Below are positions 9,680 through 19,369 of a stretch of DNA of 64,000 nucleotides, in pieces; the first letter of the stretch is position 1, and each line of letters starts with the position of its first letter. Origin of the DNA: a phage; sequence record MZ956761.1, one strand, 5' to 3'. The notes beneath the pieces were generated by a model, which worked only from the letters and a program-made list of their open reading frames with translations, did not search any database and had not been told where the DNA came from. The translations under genes and the position numbers were made by a program.

Positions 9680-10366
9680 ATGAAACTGTCTAAAGATACT
9701 ACTGCTCTGCTCAAAAATTTCGCTACTATTAACTCTGGCATTATGCTTAAATCCGGTCAATTTATTATGACTCGTGCAGTTAATGGTACAACTTACGCGG
9801 AAGCAAATATTTCTGACGTTATTGATTTTGATGTAGCAATTTACGATTTGAACGGTTTTCTCGGTATTCTGTCCCTAGTTAATGACGATGCAGAAATTTC
9901 CCAGTCAGAAGATGGAAATATTAAAATTGCTGATGCTCGTTCAACAATTTTTTGGCCAGCAGCCGATCCGAGTACAGTAGTTGCTCCTAATAAACCAATT
10001 CCATTCCCGGTAGCATCTGTTGTTACTGAAATTAAAGCTGAAGACCTTCAACAGCTGTTGCGTGTATCTCGCGGTCTGCAGATTGATACAATTGCTATCA
10101 CAGTAAAAGAAGGTAAAATCATAATTAACGGTTTTAATAAAGTAGAAGATTCTGCTTTGACCCGCGTTAAATATTCTTTGACTCTTGGTGATTATGATGG
10201 TGAAAATACATTTAATTTCATTATCAATATGGCAAATATGAAAATGCAACCAGGAAATTATAAACTTCTGCTCTGGGCAAAAGGTAAACAAGGTGCTGCT
10301 AAATTTGAAGGTGAACACGCAAATTATGTAGTAGCTCTTGAAGCTGATTCTACCCACGATTTTTAA
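9680..10366 (+). CDS. 45: sliding clamp gp45
   Basis: 228 aa; matches recalled T4 gp45. Confidence 0.96.
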   Translation: MKLSKDTTALLKNFATINSGIMLKSGQFIMTRAVNGTTYAEANISDVIDFDVAIYDLNGFLGILSLVNDDAEISQSEDGNIKIADARSTIFWPAADPSTVVAPNKPIPFPVASVVTEIKAEDLQQLLRVSRGLQIDTIAITVKEGKIIINGFNKVEDSALTRVKYSLTLGDYDGENTFNFIINMANMKMQPGNYKLLLWAKGKQGAAKFEGEHANYVVALEADSTHDF

Positions 10367-10368
10367 TA

Positions 10369-10388
10369 GAGGGCTTCGGCCCTTTATA
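10369..10388 (+). terminator. terminator/attenuator hairpin
   Basis: AGGGC-TTCG-GCCCT hairpin then TTTAT. Confidence 0.55.
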
Positions 10389-10417
10389 ATTTACACTAAA
10401 ACTTGAATGAGGAAATT

Positions 10418-11377
10418 ATGATTACCGTAAATGAAAAAGAACACATTCTTGAACAGAAATATCGTCCATCTACTATCGATGAATGTATTCTTCCCGCCTT
10501 TGATAAAGAAACCTTTAAATCTATTACAAGTAAAGGTAAGATTCCACATATTATTCTTCATTCTCCTTCTCCAGGAACAGGTAAAACAACTGTAGCAAAA
10601 GCATTGTGTCATGATGTAAATGCTGATATGATGTTTGTGAATGGATCAGATTGTAAAATTGATTTTGTTCGTGGTCCTTTGACTAATTTTGCCAGCGCCG
10701 CTTCATTTGATGGTCGTCAAAAAGTAATCGTTATTGATGAATTTGACCGTTCAGGGCTAGCAGAGTCTCAGCGACATCTTCGTTCCTTTATGGAAGCTTA
10801 TAGTTCAAACTGTAGTATTATTATTACTGCTAACAATATTGATGGTATTATTAAACCGCTTCAGTCGCGCTGTCGAGTTATTACATTCGGTCAACCGACT
10901 GATGAAGATAAAATTGAAATGATGAAGCAGATGATTCGTCGATTGACTGAAATCTGCAAGCATGAAGGAATTGCTATAGCTGATATGAAAGTTGTAGCAG
11001 CTTTGGTTAAAAAGAATTTTCCTGATTTTCGTAAAACTATTGGTGAGCTCGATAGTTATTCATCTAAAGGTGTTTTGGATGCTGGTATTTTATCACTGGT
11101 TACTAACGATCGTGGTGCTATTGATGATGTTCTTGAGTCTCTCAAAAATAAAGATGTTAAACAGCTCAGAGCTTTAGCGCCAAAATATGCAGCTGATTAT
11201 TCGTGGTTCGTAGGTAAACTTGCCGAAGAAATTTATACACGCGTAACTCCGCAAAGTATTATTCGTATGTATGAAATTGTTGGTGAAAATAACCAGTATC
11301 ATGGAATTGCGGCTAATACGGAATTACATTTAGCATATCTTTTCATTCAATTAGCATGCGAAATGCAGTGGAAGTGA
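10418..11377 (+). CDS. 44: clamp loader large subunit gp44
   Basis: 319 aa from ATG 10418 (SD GAGGAAA); Walker A GTGKTT; ORF-track start at 10403 is a TTG extension. Confidence 0.95.
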   Translation: MITVNEKEHILEQKYRPSTIDECILPAFDKETFKSITSKGKIPHIILHSPSPGTGKTTVAKALCHDVNADMMFVNGSDCKIDFVRGPLTNFASAASFDGRQKVIVIDEFDRSGLAESQRHLRSFMEAYSSNCSIIITANNIDGIIKPLQSRCRVITFGQPTDEDKIEMMKQMIRRLTEICKHEGIAIADMKVVAALVKKNFPDFRKTIGELDSYSSKGVLDAGILSLVTNDRGAIDDVLESLKNKDVKQLRALAPKYAADYSWFVGKLAEEIYTRVTPQSIIRMYEIVGENNQYHGIAANTELHLAYLFIQLACEMQWK

Positions 11378-11378
11378 T

Positions 11379-11942
11379 ATGAGCTTATTTGAAGATGATA
11401 TTCAATTAAACGAGCATCAAGTTGCTTGGTATTCAAAAGATTGGACAGCTGTCCAATCTGCTGCTGATTCTTTTAAGGAAAAAGCTGAAAATGAATTTTT
11501 TGAAATAATTGGAGCTATTAATAATAAAACTAAATGCTCTATTGCTCAAAAAGATTATTCAAAATACATGGTTGAGAATGCATTATCACAATTTCCTGAA
11601 TGCATGCCAGCTGTATATGCTATGAATTTAATTGGATCAGGTTTAAGCGATGAAGCACATTTTAATTATCTGATGGCTGCTGTTCCTCGGGGTAAAAGAT
11701 ATGGTAAATGGGCAAAACTGGTCGAAGATTCTACCGAAGTATTGATTATTAAGTTACTTGCTAAGCGGTATCAAGTTAATACAAATGATGCAATTAACTA
11801 TAAATCAATTCTTACTAAAAATGGAAAACTTCCTTTAGTATTAAAAGAACTAAAAGGTTTAGTCACGGATGATTTTTTAAAAGAAGTGACTAAGAACGTA
11901 AAAGAACAGAAACAACTCAAAAAACTAGCATTGGAATGGTAA
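11379..11942 (+). CDS. 62: clamp loader small subunit gp62
   Basis: 187 aa; T4 synteny and size. Confidence 0.93.
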   Translation: MSLFEDDIQLNEHQVAWYSKDWTAVQSAADSFKEKAENEFFEIIGAINNKTKCSIAQKDYSKYMVENALSQFPECMPAVYAMNLIGSGLSDEAHFNYLMAAVPRGKRYGKWAKLVEDSTEVLIIKLLAKRYQVNTNDAINYKSILTKNGKLPLVLKELKGLVTDDFLKEVTKNVKEQKQLKKLALEW

Positions 11943-11943
11943 A

Positions 11944-12312
11944 ATGATTGAAATTACTCTTAAAAAACCTGAAGATTTTCTGAAAGTAAAAGAAACTTTG
12001 ACTCGTATGGGAATTGCTAATAATAAAGATAAAGTTCTGTATCAGTCCTGCCACATTCTTCAGAAAAAAGGACTATACTATATCGTTCATTTTAAAGAAA
12101 TGCTTCGTATGGATGGCCGTCAGGTTGAAATGACAGAAGAAGATGAAGTTCGTCGTGATTCGATTGCGTGGCTGTTAGAAGATTGGGGACTGATTGAAAT
12201 CGTTCCTGGTCAAAGAACTTTTATGAAAGATTTAACCAATAACTTCCGAGTTATTTCTTTTAAACAAAAACATGAGTGGAAACTCGTTCCTAAATATACG
12301 ATTGGTAATTAA
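11944..12312 (+). CDS. regA: translational repressor RegA
   Basis: 122 aa; matches recalled T4 RegA. Confidence 0.93.
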   Translation: MIEITLKKPEDFLKVKETLTRMGIANNKDKVLYQSCHILQKKGLYYIVHFKEMLRMDGRQVEMTEEDEVRRDSIAWLLEDWGLIEIVPGQRTFMKDLTNNFRVISFKQKHEWKLVPKYTIGN

Positions 12313-12313
12313 T

Positions 12314-12535
12314 ATGACTGCTATAACTCCACAAGAATACATGGCGTCTCTTAAAGAAAAATATAATCTTTCTGCAACAGAAACACTTTTTGATTTACCA
12401 GAAAACCTCCAACTAAAATTTCAGGTAGAATTTCAAAAATTAGTTCACCCAGAACAAAAACACTTTACCGCAGTGGTTAAGTCAATTAATGCAGATGGAT
12501 TAACAATTTTTCACCGACAACTGGTATTAATTTAA
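12314..12535 (+). CDS. hypothetical protein
   Basis: 73 aa from ATG 12314 right after regA stop. Confidence 0.5.
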   Translation: MTAITPQEYMASLKEKYNLSATETLFDLPENLQLKFQVEFQKLVHPEQKHFTAVVKSINADGLTIFHRQLVLI

Positions 12536-12537
12536 GC

Positions 12538-12560
12538 AAGGGGCTTCGGCCCCTTATTTG
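12538..12560 (+). terminator. rho-independent terminator candidate
   Basis: GGGGC-TTCG-GCCCC hairpin + TTATTTG. Confidence 0.6.
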
Positions 12561-12576
12561 GAGTATAATATATCAA

Positions 12577-12613
12577 GAGCCTAATAACTCGGGCTATAAA
12601 CTAAGGAATATCT
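12577..12613 (+). promoter_or_regulatory. gene 43 translational operator (gp43 autoregulatory hairpin + RBS)
   Basis: GAGCC-UAAUAACUC-GGGCU hairpin just 5' of SD AAGGAA and ATG; matches recalled T4 gene 43 operator. Confidence 0.55.
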
Positions 12614-15310
12614 ATGAAAGAATTTTATATCTCTATCGAAACAGTCGGAAATAACATTGTTGAGCGTTATATTGATGAAAATGGAAAGGAACGTACTCGT
12701 GAAGTAGAATATCTTCCGACTATGTTTAGGCATTGTAAGGAAGAGTCAAAATACAAAGACATTTATGGTAAAAACTGTGCTCCTCAAAAATTTCCATCAA
12801 TGAAAGATGCACGAGACTGGATGAAGCGAATGGAAGACATCGGTCTCGAAGCTCTCGGTATGAACGATTTTAAACTCGCTTATATCAGTGATACATATGG
12901 TTCAGAAATTGTTTATGACCGAAAATTTGTTCGTGTAGCTAACTGTGACATTGAGGTTACTGGTGATAAATTTCCTGACCCAATGAAAGCAGAATATGAA
13001 ATTGATGCTATCACTCATTATGATTCAATTGACGACCGTTTTTACGTCTTTGATTTGTTGAATTCAATGTACGGTTCAGTATCAAAATGGGACGCAAAGT
13101 TAGCTGCTAAGCTTGACTGTGAAGGTGGTGATGAAGTTCCTCAAGAAATTCTTGACCGAGTAATTTATATGCCATTTGATAATGAGCGTGATATGCTCAT
13201 GGAATATATTAATCTCTGGGAACAGAAACGACCTGCTATTTTTACTGGTTGGAATATTGAGGGATTTGACGTTCCGTATATCATGAATCGCGTTAAAATG
13301 GTTCTCGGCGAACGTAGTATGAAACGCTTCTCTCCAATCGGTCGAGTAAAATCTAAACTAATTCAAAATATGTACGGTAGCAAAGAAATTTATTCTATTG
13401 ATGGCGTATCTATTCTTGATTATTTAGATTTATACAAGAAGTTTGCATTTACTAATTTGCCATCGTTCTCTTTGGAATCAGTTGCTCAACATGAAACCAA
13501 AAAAGGTAAATTGCCGTACGATGGTCCTATTAATAAACTTCGTGAGACTAATCATCAACGATACATTAGTTATAACATCATTGACGTAGAATCAGTTCAA
13601 GCAATTGATAAAATTCGTGGGTTTATCGATCTAGTTTTAAGTATGTCTTATTACGCTAAAATGCCTTTTTCTGGTGTAATGAGTCCTATTAAAACTTGGG
13701 ATGCTATTATTTTTAACTCACTGAAAGGTGAACATAAGGTTATTCCTCAACAAGGTTCGCACGTTAAACAGAGTTTTCCAGGTGCATTTGTGTTTGAACC
13801 TAAACCGATTGCTCGTCGATACATTATGAGTTTTGACTTGACGTCTCTGTATCCTAGCATTATTCGTCAGGTTAACATTAGTCCTGAGACTATTCGCGGG
13901 CAGTTTAAAGTTCATCCAATTCATGAATATATCGCAGGAACAGCTCCTAAGCCAAGTGATGAATATTCTTGCTCTCCGAATGGATGGATGTATGATAAGC
14001 ACCAAGAAGGTATCATTCCAAAGGAAATCGCTAAAGTATTTTTCCAGCGTAAAGATTGGAAAAAGAAAATGTTCGCGGAAGAAATGAATGCCGAAGCTAT
14101 TAAAAAGATTATTATGAAAGGTGCAGGGTCTTGCTCAACTAAACCAGAAGTTGAACGATATGTTAAGTTCAGTGATGATTTCTTAAACGAATTATCGAAT
14201 TACACCGAATCTGTTCTTAACAGTCTGATTGAAGAATGTGAAAAAGCGGCTACACTTGCTAACACAAATCAGCTGAACCGTAAAATTCTTATTAACAGTC
14301 TTTATGGTGCTCTTGGTAATATTCATTTCCGCTACTATGATTTGCGAAATGCTACTGCTATCACAATTTTCGGTCAAGTTGGTATTCAGTGGATTGCTCG
14401 TAAAATTAATGAATATCTGAATAAAGTATGTGGAACTAATGGTGAAGATTTCATCGCAGCAGGTGATACTGATTCGGTATATGTTTGTGTAGATAAAGTA
14501 ATTGAAAAAGTAGGTCTTGACCGCTTTAAAGAACAAAATGATTTAGTTGAATTCATGAATCAGTTTGGTAAGAAAAAGATGGAACCTATGATTGATGTTG
14601 CATATCGTGAGTTATGTGATTATATGAATAACCGCGAGCATCTGATGCATATGGACCGTGAAGCTATTTCTTGCCCTCCGCTTGGTTCAAAGGGTGTTGG
14701 TGGATTTTGGAAAGCGAAAAAACGTTATGCTCTGAACGTTTATGATATGGAAGATAAGCGATTTGCTGAACCGCATCTAAAAATCATGGGTATGGAAACT
14801 CAGCAGAGTTCAACACCAAAAGCAGTACAAGAAGCTCTCGAAGAAAGTATTCGTCGTATTCTTCAGGAAGGTGAAGAGTCTGTCCAAGAATACTACAAGA
14901 ACTTTGAGAAAGAATATCGTCAACTTGATTATAAAGTTATTGCTGAAGTAAAAACTGCGAACGATATAGCGAAATATGATGATAAAGGTTGGCCAGGATT
15001 TAAATGTCCGTTCCATATTCGTGGGGTGCTAACTTATCGTCGAGCTGTTAGTGGTTTAGGTGTAGCTCCAATTTTGGATGGAAATAAAGTAATGGTTCTT
15101 CCATTACGTGAAGGAAATCCATTTGGTGACAAGTGCATTGCTTGGCCGTCGGGCACAGAACTTCCAAAAGAAATTCGTTCTGACGTACTGTCTTGGATTG
15201 ACTACTCAACTTTGTTCCAAAAATCGTTTGTTAAACCGCTTGCGGGCATGTGTGAATCGGCTGGTATGGACTATGAAGAAAAAGCTTCGTTAGACTTCCT
15301 GTTTGGCTGA
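12614..15310 (+). CDS. 43: DNA polymerase gp43 (family B)
   Basis: 898 aa; exo and pol motifs; matches recalled T4 gp43. Confidence 0.97.
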   Translation: MKEFYISIETVGNNIVERYIDENGKERTREVEYLPTMFRHCKEESKYKDIYGKNCAPQKFPSMKDARDWMKRMEDIGLEALGMNDFKLAYISDTYGSEIVYDRKFVRVANCDIEVTGDKFPDPMKAEYEIDAITHYDSIDDRFYVFDLLNSMYGSVSKWDAKLAAKLDCEGGDEVPQEILDRVIYMPFDNERDMLMEYINLWEQKRPAIFTGWNIEGFDVPYIMNRVKMVLGERSMKRFSPIGRVKSKLIQNMYGSKEIYSIDGVSILDYLDLYKKFAFTNLPSFSLESVAQHETKKGKLPYDGPINKLRETNHQRYISYNIIDVESVQAIDKIRGFIDLVLSMSYYAKMPFSGVMSPIKTWDAIIFNSLKGEHKVIPQQGSHVKQSFPGAFVFEPKPIARRYIMSFDLTSLYPSIIRQVNISPETIRGQFKVHPIHEYIAGTAPKPSDEYSCSPNGWMYDKHQEGIIPKEIAKVFFQRKDWKKKMFAEEMNAEAIKKIIMKGAGSCSTKPEVERYVKFSDDFLNELSNYTESVLNSLIEECEKAATLANTNQLNRKILINSLYGALGNIHFRYYDLRNATAITIFGQVGIQWIARKINEYLNKVCGTNGEDFIAAGDTDSVYVCVDKVIEKVGLDRFKEQNDLVEFMNQFGKKKMEPMIDVAYRELCDYMNNREHLMHMDREAISCPPLGSKGVGGFWKAKKRYALNVYDMEDKRFAEPHLKIMGMETQQSSTPKAVQEALEESIRRILQEGEESVQEYYKNFEKEYRQLDYKVIAEVKTANDIAKYDDKGWPGFKCPFHIRGVLTYRRAVSGLGVAPILDGNKVMVLPLREGNPFGDKCIAWPSGTELPKEIRSDVLSWIDYSTLFQKSFVKPLAGMCESAGMDYEEKASLDFLFG

Positions 15311-15322
15311 TAGAATAAATCT

Positions 15323-15346
15323 AGGGACCTCCGGGTCCCTTTTTCA
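15323..15346 (+). terminator. rho-independent terminator
   Basis: AGGGACC-TCCG-GGTCCCT hairpin + TTTTT. Confidence 0.8.
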
Positions 15347-15423
15347 TACAAGTAATATAAATCTATACTTATGAAAAACAGATGATTCTGGACCTTTAGA
15401 ATTCCCCAAAAAATTTTCACAAA

Positions 15424-15457
15424 ACTGTTTACAAGACTGTTCTTCCATGGTACTATA
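15424..15457 (+). promoter_or_regulatory. T4 early promoter
   Basis: GTTTACA -35, 17-nt spacer, TGgTACTAT -10. Confidence 0.7.
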
Positions 15458-15493
15458 CAACTATCAACTAATACGGATTTGGAGAATAAAATG
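15448..15493 (+). repeat. 46-nt promoter/leader repeat, identical to 42647-42692
   Basis: TGGTACTATACAACTATCAACTAATACGGATTTGGAGAATAAAATG, exact second copy elsewhere. Confidence 0.9.
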
Positions 15494-15727
15494 AAAATTG
15501 TTATGGGATGCTTAGCAGTTTGTTTAGTTGCATTAGCAGCTGTTCCATTTATTGATATTGAAAATGATACTCAGAATGTGATTGAATCTAATACTGTTAT
15601 TCACATGAATGGTAAAGTATCAACAAAAATTGATGATAATCTTCATATGAATACTAATGGAACGCTGGGTGTTCAATTAGGTAATACCTGTGTAAGCACT
15701 ACTGGAGTAATTACTACTTGTATTTGA
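15491..15727 (+). CDS. hypothetical secreted/membrane protein
   Basis: 78 aa from ATG after GGAG; N-terminal hydrophobic signal-like segment. Confidence 0.5.
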   Translation: MKIVMGCLAVCLVALAAVPFIDIENDTQNVIESNTVIHMNGKVSTKIDDNLHMNTNGTLGVQLGNTCVSTTGVITTCI

Positions 15728-15737
15728 GGAAATTATT

Positions 15738-16118
15738 ATGAAAATCGCTATTTTGGTTATTGCATTAGGTCTTACTGGTTGTGTAGCTCAAGGACCGGTA
15801 GTAAATCAGTCTGATGTAGGAAAAATTGTAAACTGTTCAAGCAAATTTTATAATCCTAATGTCAAGTGTTATAAAGAAGCTCCAAAACAGACAGTAGAAC
15901 AAATGCAGGCGAATTTTGACGAAGCTATTCGTCCAGATGAATCTGCTCAAGCATATCGTAATTCGGATGTAATTACACGCGAAGAAAAAATTGAAAACTA
16001 CTGCGCTGAACTTTGGGCTAATTGGGCTAATAATTACCAATGGCGTACTGGTAAAAATGCTCCGATGGAGTATGTAGTGAATTCTTATAATTCATGTGTA
16101 AAAAATTTGACTAAGTGA
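15738..16118 (+). CDS. hypothetical lipoprotein
   Basis: 126 aa; signal peptide with lipobox LTGC. Confidence 0.55.
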   Translation: MKIAILVIALGLTGCVAQGPVVNQSDVGKIVNCSSKFYNPNVKCYKEAPKQTVEQMQANFDEAIRPDESAQAYRNSDVITREEKIENYCAELWANWANNYQWRTGKNAPMEYVVNSYNSCVKNLTK

Positions 16119-16125
16119 GGAAAAC

Positions 16126-16377
16126 ATGGAAACTTTAGTAGCAGGTTCAATTTTTATGGTTTTAGTTTCAGGTGTGTTGGCTATTATTATATACATGCTT
16201 CCATGGTTTATCGCCTTGATGCGTGGGTCAAAATCGACAGTAGGAATCTTTTTCACATCTTTACTGTTTAACTGGTCAATTATTGGTTGGTTTATTACAT
16301 TTATTTGGTCAATTGCGGGTGAAACTAAAAAGTCTGCACAACCAAATCAGGTAATTATCATCAGAGAGAAGGAATGA
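16126..16377 (+). CDS. imm: superinfection immunity membrane protein Imm
   Basis: 83 aa, two hydrophobic helices, located between 43 and 42 as T4 imm. Confidence 0.7.
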   Translation: METLVAGSIFMVLVSGVLAIIIYMLPWFIALMRGSKSTVGIFFTSLLFNWSIIGWFITFIWSIAGETKKSAQPNQVIIIREKE

Positions 16378-16523
16378 AAAGCAAAATTATAGCAGTGTTG
16401 CTTTTAATCTTGATGATTATAATAAGTATATACTATAGTGTAACGGTTCCTCTTATGATTCCAACTATTATTTTAGGTTGGGGTTTATTACTGTTACAAG
16501 TTAAATATGAATGTATCAATTGA
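16374..16523 (+). CDS. hypothetical small membrane protein (49 aa)
   Basis: ATGA overlap with imm stop; strongly hydrophobic. Confidence 0.4.
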   Translation: MKSKIIAVLLLILMIIISIYYSVTVPLMIPTIILGWGLLLLQVKYECIN

Positions 16524-16530
16524 GGTTTAA

Positions 16531-17271
16531 ATGATTAGTGACTCTATGACAGTTGAAGAAATCCGTCTTCATTTGGGGCTTGCATTAAAAGAAAAAGATT
16601 TCGTAGTTGATAAAACCGGTGTTAAAACTATTGAAATTATTGGTGCATCATTTGTAGCAGATGAACCGTTTATTTTTGGCGCTCTTAATGATGAATACAT
16701 TCAACGTGAACTTGAATGGTATAAATCTAAAAGTTTGTTTGTTAAAGATATTCCGGGTGAAACACCGAAGATTTGGCAGCAGGTAGCATCTTCTAAAGGC
16801 GAAATTAACTCGAATTATGGTTGGGCCATCTGGTCAGAAGATAACTATGCCCAGTATGATATGTGTTTAGCTGAACTTGGTCAAAATCCTGATTCTCGGC
16901 GTGGTATCATGATTTATACTCGTCCATCCATGCAATTTGACTATAATAAAGATGGTATGTCAGATTTCATGTGCACGAATACAGTACAGTACCTGATTCG
17001 TGATAAGAAAGTTAATGCAGTAGTAAGCATGCGTTCAAATGACGTGGTCTTCGGATTCCGTAATGATTATGCATGGCAAAAATACGTACTAGATAAATTA
17101 GTATCTGATTTGAATGCAGGTGATTCAACTCGTCAGTATAAAGCAGGTTCTATTATATGGAATGTTGGAAGTCTTCATGTATATTCTCGTCATTTTTACT
17201 TGGTTGATCATTGGTGGAATACTGGCGAAACTCATATTGTGAAAAAAGATTATAAAGGTGAGTGGAAATGA
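16531..17271 (+). CDS. 42: dCMP hydroxymethylase gp42
   Basis: 246 aa; matches recalled T4 gp42. Confidence 0.95.
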   Translation: MISDSMTVEEIRLHLGLALKEKDFVVDKTGVKTIEIIGASFVADEPFIFGALNDEYIQRELEWYKSKSLFVKDIPGETPKIWQQVASSKGEINSNYGWAIWSEDNYAQYDMCLAELGQNPDSRRGIMIYTRPSMQFDYNKDGMSDFMCTNTVQYLIRDKKVNAVVSMRSNDVVFGFRNDYAWQKYVLDKLVSDLNAGDSTRQYKAGSIIWNVGSLHVYSRHFYLVDHWWNTGETHIVKKDYKGEWK

Positions 17272-18110
17272 TTCAATTCGTAATTCCAAGCTATCAACGC
17301 GTAGGGGCAGTTTCTGCCCTTGATATGTTTCCGACTGATTATGAACCTCATATTGTAGTACGTGAACACGAAGAAAAAGCTTATTATGACGCTTACGGGT
17401 CTAGAGCTAAAATTATAACTATTCCTGATGATGTTAACGGAATTGCTGGTACTCGTAAAGCAATTACTGATATGTATGCAGGTCAACGAATTTGGATGAT
17501 TGATGATGATACTACTATTCGTATGAGTTCAATGCGAAAGAAAGATGATCGTCGCTGCGTAGATAAAATTAATCAATTAACTCGTGAACAGTTCTATGAA
17601 TTGATTCAATACGTTGAAGATGCCATGGATTGCGGGTATTATCATGGTCATGCTCGTTTACCAATTTTTAAAATTACTTCATCTTGGGGTAATTATCGTG
17701 AAAATTCATATGGATTCACGAATACTTGGTATGACCTCGGGAAACTTACAACAGAACAAATTGGGTATGGAAAAATTGATTTATGCGAAGATATGTATGC
17801 ATTTCTCAATTTAATTAATCAAGGTTATCCGCATTTGGCCTTGTTCAAATATCTGGTTGTATCTGGAAAAGCACAGGCTCCAGGCGGATGTAGTTCAATT
17901 CGTAGTAATTCAAAACATAATAGAGCTCTTGAGCAAATCAATAGAGAGTTTCCAGAGCAAGCTCGTTGGAAAACATCGAATATCGAAAAGAGAAAATCGT
18001 TGGGTGAAGAAGACGAGCCATTAAAAGTTCTTCGCATGTGTGTTTCGCGCAAAGAAAAATCAGAAGCATTTCATAAGTTTAATGCTATTCATCCAATAGC
18101 AGTTGATTAA
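17268..18110 (+). CDS. putative DNA glycosyltransferase (GT-A-like, DxD motif) at the beta-gt locus
   Basis: 280 aa from ATG 17268 (ATGA overlap with gene 42); IWMIDDDTT DxD-like motif; does not match recalled T4 beta-gt. Confidence 0.6.
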   Translation: MIQFVIPSYQRVGAVSALDMFPTDYEPHIVVREHEEKAYYDAYGSRAKIITIPDDVNGIAGTRKAITDMYAGQRIWMIDDDTTIRMSSMRKKDDRRCVDKINQLTREQFYELIQYVEDAMDCGYYHGHARLPIFKITSSWGNYRENSYGFTNTWYDLGKLTTEQIGYGKIDLCEDMYAFLNLINQGYPHLALFKYLVVSGKAQAPGGCSSIRSNSKHNRALEQINREFPEQARWKTSNIEKRKSLGEEDEPLKVLRMCVSRKEKSEAFHKFNAIHPIAVD

Positions 18111-18134
18111 TGCCTAAATTTATTGTGTTATAAT
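18111..18134 (+). promoter_or_regulatory. candidate middle promoter for uvsX
   Basis: imperfect MotA box TGCCTAAA, then extended -10 TGtTATAAT (18126-18134). Confidence 0.3.
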
Positions 18135-18187
18135 TACTCTATCTTTAACCAGTGAGGAAAATATAATGTTGCCTATGGAAAAAATGA

Positions 18188-19369
18188 ATGTCTATTGCAG
18201 ATTTAAAATCCCGTTTGATTAAAGCTTCCACTTCTAAAATGACTGCTGAACTGACTACATCTAAATTCTTTAATGAAAAGGATGTAATCCGTACAAAAAT
18301 CCCAATGCTTAATATCGCTATTTCTGGTGCGATTGATGGTGGTATGCAGTCTGGTTTAACCATTTTTGCAGGTCCTTCTAAACACTTTAAATCAAATATG
18401 TCTTTGACTATGGTTGCAGCGTATTTGAACAAATATCCTGACGCGGTATGTCTATTCTATGATAGCGAATTTGGTATTACTCCTGCTTATTTGCGATCCA
18501 TGGGAGTTGACCCGGAACGAGTAATTCATACGCCAATTCAGTCAGTTGAACAGCTGAAAATTGATATGGTGAATCAGCTTGAAGCTATTGAGCGTGGTGA
18601 AAAAGTTATTGTATTCATCGACTCAATTGGTAATATGGCTTCTAAGAAAGAAACGGAAGATGCCTTGAATGAAAAATCTGTGGCAGATATGACTCGTGCT
18701 AAATCACTGAAGTCATTATTCCGTATTGTTACTCCTTATTTTAGTATTAAAAACATTCCGTGCGTTGCGGTTAACCATACAATTGAAACAATTGAAATGT
18801 TTAGTAAAACCGTGATGACAGGTGGTACAGGCGTAATGTATTCGGCTGATACTGTATTCATTATCGGTAAGCGCCAGATTAAAGATGGTTCTGATCTTCA
18901 GGGGTATCAATTTGTTCTAAATGTAGAAAAATCTCGTACCGTTAAAGAAAAAAGTAAATTCTTTATTGATGTTAAATTTGACGGTGGCATCGATCCTTAT
19001 TCTGGATTGTTAGATATGGCTCTAGAATTAGGATTTGTGGTAAAACCTAAAAATGGCTGGTATGCTCGTGAATTTCTTGATGAAGAAACCGGCGAGATGA
19101 TTCGCGAAGAAAAATCTTGGCGTGCAAAAGATACCAACTGTACTACATTCTGGGGTCCTTTATTTAAGCATCAACCATTCCGAGATGCTATTAAACGTGC
19201 TTATCAGTTAGGTGCTATTGATAGTAATGAAATTGTTGAAGCTGAGGTTGATGAATTGATTAACTCAAAGGTTGAAAAATTTAAATCTCCAGAAAGTAAA
19301 AGTAAATCAGCAGCTGATTTAGAAACTGACCTAGATCAGTTAAGTGATATGGAAGAATTTAATGAATAA
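18188..19369 (+). CDS. uvsX: recombinase UvsX (RecA-like)
   Basis: 393 aa; Walker A GPSKHFKS; matches recalled T4 UvsX. Confidence 0.95.
   Translation: MSIADLKSRLIKASTSKMTAELTTSKFFNEKDVIRTKIPMLNIAISGAIDGGMQSGLTIFAGPSKHFKSNMSLTMVAAYLNKYPDAVCLFYDSEFGITPAYLRSMGVDPERVIHTPIQSVEQLKIDMVNQLEAIERGEKVIVFIDSIGNMASKKETEDALNEKSVADMTRAKSLKSLFRIVTPYFSIKNIPCVAVNHTIETIEMFSKTVMTGGTGVMYSADTVFIIGKRQIKDGSDLQGYQFVLNVEKSRTVKEKSKFFIDVKFDGGIDPYSGLLDMALELGFVVKPKNGWYAREFLDEETGEMIREEKSWRAKDTNCTTFWGPLFKHQPFRDAIKRAYQLGAIDSNEIVEAEVDELINSKVEKFKSPESKSKSAADLETDLDQLSDMEEFNE

Noticed and set aside
9941-10357. 138-aa minus-strand ORF inside gene 45, and similar antisense ORFs inside genes 43, 46, 39, 37 and 32 (for example 14192-14536, 8138-8578, 37340-37843, 63279-63758)
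   Set aside because: They are antisense to strongly supported conserved genes, lack ribosome-binding sites and have low-complexity composition; long antisense frames are expected in an AT-rich genome.
15479-15493. MENKM N-terminal extensions given by the ORF track (15479, 34724, 22014) and other upstream-extended starts (10403, 12272, 26267, 32981, 42591, 43274, 43509, 44071, 60769)
   Set aside because: These start at TTG/GTG or upstream codons inside promoter or leader sequence; the SD-spaced ATG further downstream gives proteins matching T4 lengths, so I used the ATG starts.
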